Assembly (NCBI GenBank): GCA_964528735.1
Contig: CAZGUV010000004.1
Location: forward strand, 5,427-65,364
Length of the DNA stretch: 59,938 nt
Reading direction: 5' to 3'
Origin: an uncultured Candidatus Saccharibacteria bacterium
GTDB lineage: Bacteria; Patescibacteriota; Minisyncoccia; Phycocordibacterales; UBA2100
Every line of letters starts with the position of its first letter. Within the stretch, counting starts at the first letter, position 1. A model generated the notes under the pieces. That model did no database searches. It was given only the letters and a program-made list of their open reading frames with translations, and was not told the DNA's origin. This document shows positions 55,783 to 59,938 of this stretch, piece after piece. Both the position numbers and the translations under genes were made by a program.

Positions 55783-56463
55783 TTAGAGTATGTACTTTCC
55801 GTTTGCGTCGTCGCGAACTATGCGACCCTTATCCATAGTGATAACTCGTCTACCGACCGCATCAACAACACCTTTATTGTGTGTGGTCATCATGACAGTG
55901 GTCCCGAGATCGTTGATTTTTTTCAAAATTTGAATGACTTCGTATGTGTTGATTGGATCAAGGTTACCTGTTGGCTCATCAGCTATCAAAATATCTGGCT
56001 GATTCACAATTGCACGCGCAATTGCGACGCGTTGCTGCTCGCCTCCTGAAAGTTCGTGTGGGAAATGCATAGATTTCTCGCTCAAATCAACAAGGTTAAT
56101 CACATACGGCACATCTGATGCGATGTCATCATCACTATGACCTGCAACCTCCATAGCAAAAGCAATGTTTTCATATACTGTCTTACTCGGAAGCAATCTG
56201 AAATCTTGAAAAATAGTGCCAATGCGTCTACGGAGAAAATTCAACTCTTTTTGACTCATCTTCTTGATATCACGAGATTCAAAAAAAACTGCACCGTGAG
56301 TCGGGTGCACCTCCCCAAGGATCATTTTAAGTAATGTTGTCTTACCTGCTCCAGAATGTCCTACCAAAGACACGAACTCCCCAGGGTTTATCGTGAGATT
56401 GATGTCATATATTGCAGGGACTTTATCGTAGTAGTGTTTGGAAACCTTATCGAAATACAGCAT
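55783..56463 (-). CDS. ftsE: Cell division ATP-binding protein FtsE
   Basis: MLYFDKVSKHY, GHSGAGKTT, LSGGEQQRVAIARA, ILIADEPTGNLD. Start set at the first in-frame ATG. Confidence 0.88.
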   Translation of the reverse strand: MLYFDKVSKHYYDKVPAIYDINLTINPGEFVSLVGHSGAGKTTLLKMILGEVHPTHGAVFFESRDIKKMSQKELNFLRRRIGTIFQDFRLLPSKTVYENIAFAMEVAGHSDDDIASDVPYVINLVDLSEKSMHFPHELSGGEQQRVAIARAIVNQPDILIADEPTGNLDPINTYEVIQILKKINDLGTTVMMTTHNKGVVDAVGRRVITMDKGRIVRDDANGKYIL

Positions 56464-56500
56464 TGCTTCAGTGTACCATAGTTTCAAACCTCACAAGAAG

Positions 56501-57385
56501 CTAGTACCCAGCGTTTTTGAGTGATTCAATAAAGTCTTCCAGTTCGCCATCAAGAATCGCCTCAGGGTCGCGATGTTCAAAATCAGTACGATGGTCCTTT
56601 ACTAATTGGTACGGATGAAGCACGTATGAACGAATCTGGTTACCCCACTCGATGTCTGCATCTCCTGTCTTTGACAGACCTGCCTCCTCACGCTTACGAG
56701 CCTCTTCCTGCTTAAGAAATAATTTTCCGCGAAGCATCTCCATCGCCTTTTCTTTGTTGTCTGCCTGGCTGCGTTCGTTTGTTGCCTTCACTTCAATACC
56801 TGTTGGCTTGTGCACTATTCGAACCGCTGTCTCTACTTTGTTAACGTTCTGCCCTCCTGGACCGCCACCACGCGCAGTCGTAATTTCAACATCCTCAGGA
56901 CGGATAACAATCGCTGCGGTCGGAGGCAACACAGGCATCACTTCCACAAGAGAAAATGAAGTTTGGCGCTTCCCTTGCGCATTAAAGGGCGAGATACGTA
57001 CAAGTCGATGCACTCCTGATTCATTTTTGAGTTTTCCATAGGCACCATTCCCTCGAATTTCTATACCGATGTTGCGGTAACCCGCTGACGACTGATTTTC
57101 AAAAAGGCGGACAGTGGCATACCCATTTCGTTCCGCAAATCGCGAGTACATACGCGCGAGCATCGCCGTAAAATCTTCTGCATCATCCCCCCCTGCACCC
57201 GAGTAGAGTGAGACAATAGCAGATCCCTTATCATACTTTCCTACACCCGAGAGCTCTTCTTTCAGTGATTGATAGCGTGCAACCTCTTCTTGGGCTTTAT
57301 GCTTGTCATTCCAAAAATCAGCACTCGACATTGCTGATTCAATCATTTCCAATTCCTTTTGTATGTCTTCTTTTGTTCGTGTCAT
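56501..57385 (-). CDS. prfB: Peptide chain release factor 2, short form without a programmed frameshift
   Basis: SPF motif ([15 protein letters not shown]) and GGQ ([23 protein letters not shown]). 294 aa versus about 365 in E. coli. An alternative SD-preceded start is at 57346. Confidence 0.88.
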   Translation of the reverse strand: MTRTKEDIQKELEMIESAMSSADFWNDKHKAQEEVARYQSLKEELSGVGKYDKGSAIVSLYSGAGGDDAEDFTAMLARMYSRFAERNGYATVRLFENQSSAGYRNIGIEIRGNGAYGKLKNESGVHRLVRISPFNAQGKRQTSFSLVEVMPVLPPTAAIVIRPEDVEITTARGGGPGGQNVNKVETAVRIVHKPTGIEVKATNERSQADNKEKAMEMLRGKLFLKQEEARKREEAGLSKTGDADIEWGNQIRSYVLHPYQLVKDHRTDFEHRDPEAILDGELEDFIESLKNAGY

Positions 57386-57460
57386 GGAGCCGAAGGCGAG
57401 ATTTGAACTCGCGACCTACCCCTTACGAAGGGGTTGCTCTACCAACTGAGCTACTTCGGC
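57385..57460 (-). tRNA. tRNA-Thr (anticodon CGU), CCA encoded
   Basis: Hand-folded: acceptor GCCGAAG/CTTCGGC, D arm GCTC-AGTTGGTA-GAGC, anticodon arm ACCCC-TTCGTAA-GGGGT, T arm GCGAG-TTCAAAT-CTCGC, T-CCA. 76 nt. Confidence 0.9.
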
Positions 57461-57496
57461 ATTGTACTACATGTGATTATATTGCCTAGAGAAGGC

Positions 57497-57512
57497 GTAT
57501 TGTACACAATAC
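57497..57512. promoter_or_regulatory. Inverted repeat GTATTGT-AC-ACAATAC in a divergent intergenic region
   Basis: 7-bp arms with a 2-bp spacer, between tRNA-Thr(CGU) and the small + strand gene. Confidence 0.25.
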
Positions 57513-57525
57513 ACTGCGATTTTGT

Positions 57526-57768
57526 ATGATACCATCAAGCGTAATGACTGGAAGAAAACGGATTCGTATACCAAAAAAGATAAAGGAAGCAATTATAACG
57601 GTGGTTGGGGTTGTCCTCGTATGGCGTGGTATCTGGCTTATCCTCGATGCACTCGATAAGTGGTTTTTCGGGGGAAACCATTTCATAACAGGTGTTATTG
57701 GTTTTATCGCTGGGCTTGCACTGCTCTACTATCTCGATAACGACCTCGAGGAGTTGCGTGTACTCTAA
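57526..57768 (+). CDS. Hypothetical 2-TM small membrane protein
   Basis: 80 aa with a basic N-terminus and two hydrophobic spans. Confidence 0.45.
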   Translation: MIPSSVMTGRKRIRIPKKIKEAIITVVGVVLVWRGIWLILDALDKWFFGGNHFITGVIGFIAGLALLYYLDNDLEELRVL

Positions 57769-57780
57769 TACATACTCGTG

Positions 57781-57798
57781 AGCCGAAGGCCGGGATTG
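57781..57798 (-). repeat. 18-nt direct copy of the 3' end (T-loop to discriminator) of tRNA-Thr(GGU)
   Basis: The + strand agccgaaggccgggattg is identical to 57924-57941. Confidence 0.8.
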
Positions 57799-57890
57799 GC
57801 GCAGCTCACTAATTCGCTTTGCTCATAAGTGGCCCCTGCCCGACCTCGACCGTTTTGATTACAAAACATGTCTCCGGTTTTCAATCCCGC
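57789..57890. other. Candidate stem-closed structured element of about 102 nt derived from tRNA-Thr fragments
   Basis: Minus sense, 5' GCGGGATTG pairs with 3' CAATCCCGGC (one bulge). It contains an inverted T-arm copy (57874-57890) and the hairpin GTTTTG-loop-CAAAAC (57852-57867). Confidence 0.3.
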
Positions 57891-57923
57891 ACAGACAGTA
57901 CGAAGGTACTGTCTTCTTCTCAG

Positions 57924-57996
57924 AGCCGAAGGCCGGGATTGAACCGGCGACCCCGTCCTTACCATGGACGTGCTCTACCAACTGAGCTACTTCGGC
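57924..57996 (-). tRNA. tRNA-Thr (anticodon GGU), CCA not encoded
   Basis: Hand-folded: acceptor GCCGAAG/CTTCGGC, anticodon arm CGTCC-ATGGTAA-GGACG, T arm GCCGG-TTCAATC-CCGGC. 73 nt. Confidence 0.9.
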
Positions 57997-58078
57997 GTAT
58001 TGTCGCGACAGACTACCACAGGTTCTTCAGAGAAAAAAGTGAGAGCACCGCTGCTATCGTGTGCGTAGCGTGGAGATC

Positions 58079-58654
58079 TTATACAAGCAACTTCTGTTCT
58101 AACTCAGCGCGCTTTCCACTCAACAAAAGGCGCATGATGGCGCGCGCCACATCATCGCTTGAAGTGAACTCCTCGCTGCACACACACTGAACAAACTCGT
58201 CAAATGACATGAGGCGCATTTCAATCTTTTCTCCAGCGTCAAGTGATGGTTCTTGTGTTTTCTTACAGCCACGCGCAATAAATGTGTATACAGTCCATTC
58301 CATTTTTGAGACTGGACGATCTTCAAACCAGAGCTCAATTGATTCTGCTGAATACCCCGTCTCCTCAAGTAGCTCACGTATCGCACCATCGCGTGGTGAT
58401 TCGCCATCTACATCAAGACGTCCACCTGGAATACTCATCACCGCTTCGCTCATATCAGGTTGTTGTTCATTGAGCATAACAATCTTTTTGTCATCAGTGA
58501 CTGCAATCACCTGCACTGTGTCAGGTCGTCTGAGCCGCTCAAATGTTTGCGATGTGCCATCGAACATCGTCTGTTGCCATTGAAACACATCAAAGAGAAC
58601 GCCACTAAACTTCTTTTCTGCATGAGCAGGGATTTTTCCGTGTGCCTTAGCCAT
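58079..58654 (-). CDS. NUDIX hydrolase (ADP-ribose pyrophosphatase-like)
   Basis: Nudix box GGRLDVDGESPRDGAIRELLEETGY. Start moved to the ATG at 58654 because the listed start lies inside the upstream terminator hairpin. Confidence 0.85.
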   Translation of the reverse strand: MAKAHGKIPAHAEKKFSGVLFDVFQWQQTMFDGTSQTFERLRRPDTVQVIAVTDDKKIVMLNEQQPDMSEAVMSIPGGRLDVDGESPRDGAIRELLEETGYSAESIELWFEDRPVSKMEWTVYTFIARGCKKTQEPSLDAGEKIEMRLMSFDEFVQCVCSEEFTSSDDVARAIMRLLLSGKRAELEQKLLV

Positions 58655-58670
58655 AAGGGAGAGTATAACA

Positions 58671-58695
58671 AAACGCCGCACTACGTGCGGCGTTT
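58671..58695 (-). terminator. Rho-independent terminator
   Basis: 11-bp stem aaacgccgcac / gtgcggcgttt with a 3-nt loop, followed on the minus strand by TTTTGTT. Confidence 0.7.
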
Positions 58696-58710
58696 TGAGT
58701 GTGTATCTGC

Positions 58711-58908
58711 TTAGCGATACATCATGTACATTCCGCGATCACCACCGCGGTCGTACTTATACATACTCTGGTGCATACCGAGTCCAAGCGACCATCCAAC
58801 AAACCCTACAACTTTGATGATGAGAAGTCCGAGAAACATCCCAATCACTACGTTGTATACCGTTTTAAGGTCAAAAAGCTCCTTTGCTTTTTCTATGTGC
58901 TGTTTCAT
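58711..58908 (-). CDS. Hypothetical single-TM small protein
   Basis: 65 aa with one TM segment and a Gly/Met/Tyr-rich tail. A terminator follows directly. Confidence 0.4.
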   Translation of the reverse strand: MKQHIEKAKELFDLKTVYNVVIGMFLGLLIIKVVGFVGWSLGLGMHQSMYKYDRGGDRGMYMMYR

Positions 58909-58944
58909 ATGAATATGATGAATACTAATATGTAAAGTATAGCA

Positions 58945-59340
58945 CTATTTAGGGTCACCATCCTTTGTGTATTCCTTTATCGCCTTTTGAAGAAAAGCTG
59001 CGAGGCTGCCGTCAAAACGTTGAAAGTACGCGACAAAGCGCTCATCCTGTGTGTATAAATCACTTATTTTTGAGAACATGCTTTTGCTCGTTGTGTAGAA
59101 ACGATTGAGATGTGTATGGTACCGCTCAACGAGCTTTTGTACACGCGGGTCTTCTGGGGTATTTTTGACCATTTCTGCAAGTTCACGGAGTATTGACTCA
59201 CCTTCCTGTTGAACTTCTTTAAAGGTATCTGCACCCCATGATTCAACCTTTGCGACAGTCTCATCTACTACAGGGCCGTATTTCTTACGCGCCTCATCAA
59301 GATACTCAAGCATATCTCCTGTCTTTTTCGTAAAAGTCAT
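58945..59340 (-). CDS. TipAS-like (antibiotic-recognition domain) protein without a MerR DNA-binding domain
   Basis: The helical 131-aa protein has the pattern ...ESWGADTFKE...EDPRVQKLVERYHTHL...LAAFLQKAI, which resembles TipAS. Confidence 0.55.
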   Translation of the reverse strand: MTFTKKTGDMLEYLDEARKKYGPVVDETVAKVESWGADTFKEVQQEGESILRELAEMVKNTPEDPRVQKLVERYHTHLNRFYTTSKSMFSKISDLYTQDERFVAYFQRFDGSLAAFLQKAIKEYTKDGDPK

Positions 59341-59368
59341 AGGAGTAGTATACCAGCCTTCCCCAGTA

Positions 59369-59938
59369 TTAGTAGCGATTGCGACTCTTCACGAATGTGA
59401 GCGCGGTACCTGTCTTTTGTGCACGACCGGTACGACCAATTCGATGAATATATGTTTCGTAATTGTTTGGAAGATCGTAATTGAGAACATGAGTGACATC
59501 ATTGATATCAATTCCTCGAGCTGCAACATCTGTCGCAATGAGTACGTGTGCATCGCCAACTGCGAGCGCCTTTACAGCTCGCTCTCGCTCACGATTACGC
59601 ATATCACCGTGAAGTGGTACAACGGAGACTCCTTCATAGTAAAGTTGCTCTGCGAGCTGCTCTACACTTCGCTTTGTTTCTCGGAATATGATTACCTTTT
59701 GTGCATCAGGTCTGCTGATTACCTCAAGTAGCTTTCTGAACTGATCGTCTTGGTCACTAAAGCGGACAACATCTTGTTCAACAGAGTCCGCAGTATCTTG
59801 AGTTTTTACCGAAACCGTAACTGGATTGTTTAAGAAGTCATTACACAACTTTTTAATATCAGGTGAGAATGTCGCTGAGAAGAACATGCTCTGTCGCTCT
59901 TTCGGCATACCTCCCAAGATTGAGCGCATGTCATCGAC
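59369..59938 (-). CDS. DEAD-box ATP-dependent RNA helicase, C-terminal part (5' end outside the window)
   Basis: SAT motif III (FFSATF), motifs V/VI (ATDVAARGIDI, HRIGRTGRA). The frame stays open to the window edge. Confidence 0.9.
   Translation of the reverse strand, partial: VDDMRSILGGMPKERQSMFFSATFSPDIKKLCNDFLNNPVTVSVKTQDTADSVEQDVVRFSDQDDQFRKLLEVISRPDAQKVIIFRETKRSVEQLAEQLYYEGVSVVPLHGDMRNRERERAVKALAVGDAHVLIATDVAARGIDINDVTHVLNYDLPNNYETYIHRIGRTGRAQKTGTALTFVKSRNRY

Noticed and set aside
57386-57460. Search for the classical prfB +1 frameshift site (CTT TGA C) and an upstream short exon
   Set aside because: The sequence immediately upstream of the RF2 ORF is a well-folding tRNA-Thr gene, so no frame-0 leader ORF exists.
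57765-58190. ORFs 57765-57965 (minus) and 57819-58190 (plus)
   Set aside because: Both run through the tRNA-Thr(GGU) gene and its downstream cassette. There is no coding signal, and the equivalent Gln cassette has a stop after 3 codons in the corresponding frame.
1-59938. Scan for CRISPR arrays, rRNA, transposases, integrases and phage genes
   Set aside because: No spaced direct-repeat arrays, no rRNA-like conserved stretches, and no ORF with DDE, tyrosine/serine recombinase, capsid or terminase hallmarks were seen.

Overview
This is a compact, gene-dense bacterial chromosomal window of about 47% GC. Roughly 75 protein genes are present, and about four fifths are on the minus strand. There are three tRNA genes. 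No rRNA, CRISPR array, transposase or integrase is visible. Recognisable housekeeping genes include prfA, rpmE, L25/Ctc, tsaC, serC-serA-(ddl-ddl)-serB, proB, queA, tgt, msrA, pyrG, ftsEX, prfB, engB, a cyclophilin and a DEAD-box helicase fragment. These are interspersed with many short proteins of unknown function that carry an N-terminal anchor or signal peptide. TGA is used as a stop codon (for example pyrG) and both RF1 and RF2 are present, so the standard bacterial code applies. The gene style (shortened RF2, many small exported orphans, tight overlaps) resembles Patescibacteria/CPR-like genomes, but that is only an inference. The most unusual signal concerns two tRNA genes, tRNA-Gln(CUG) and tRNA-Thr(GGU). 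Each is followed by a cassette of about 100-120 nt with the same architecture: hairpin, inverted copy of the tRNA's own T-arm/3' end, a shared ATGTTTTGT..CAAAAC hairpin, then a direct copy of the tRNA 3' end. The inverted and direct copies can pair to close the element. Other points of interest: a 791-aa tandem Ddl-Ddl fusion inside a serine-biosynthesis gene string; a NOX-type bis-heme flavocytochrome; an exported thiol-disulfide toolkit (VKOR, DipZ-like, DsbA-like) alongside Cys-rich Kazal-like and MliC-like exported proteins; a shortened RF2 whose annotated start codon shares a base with the CCA end of tRNA-Thr(CGU); and a junction of two gene remnants next to a ZIP metal transporter. All functional calls come from motif recognition by eye. 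No database search was run.
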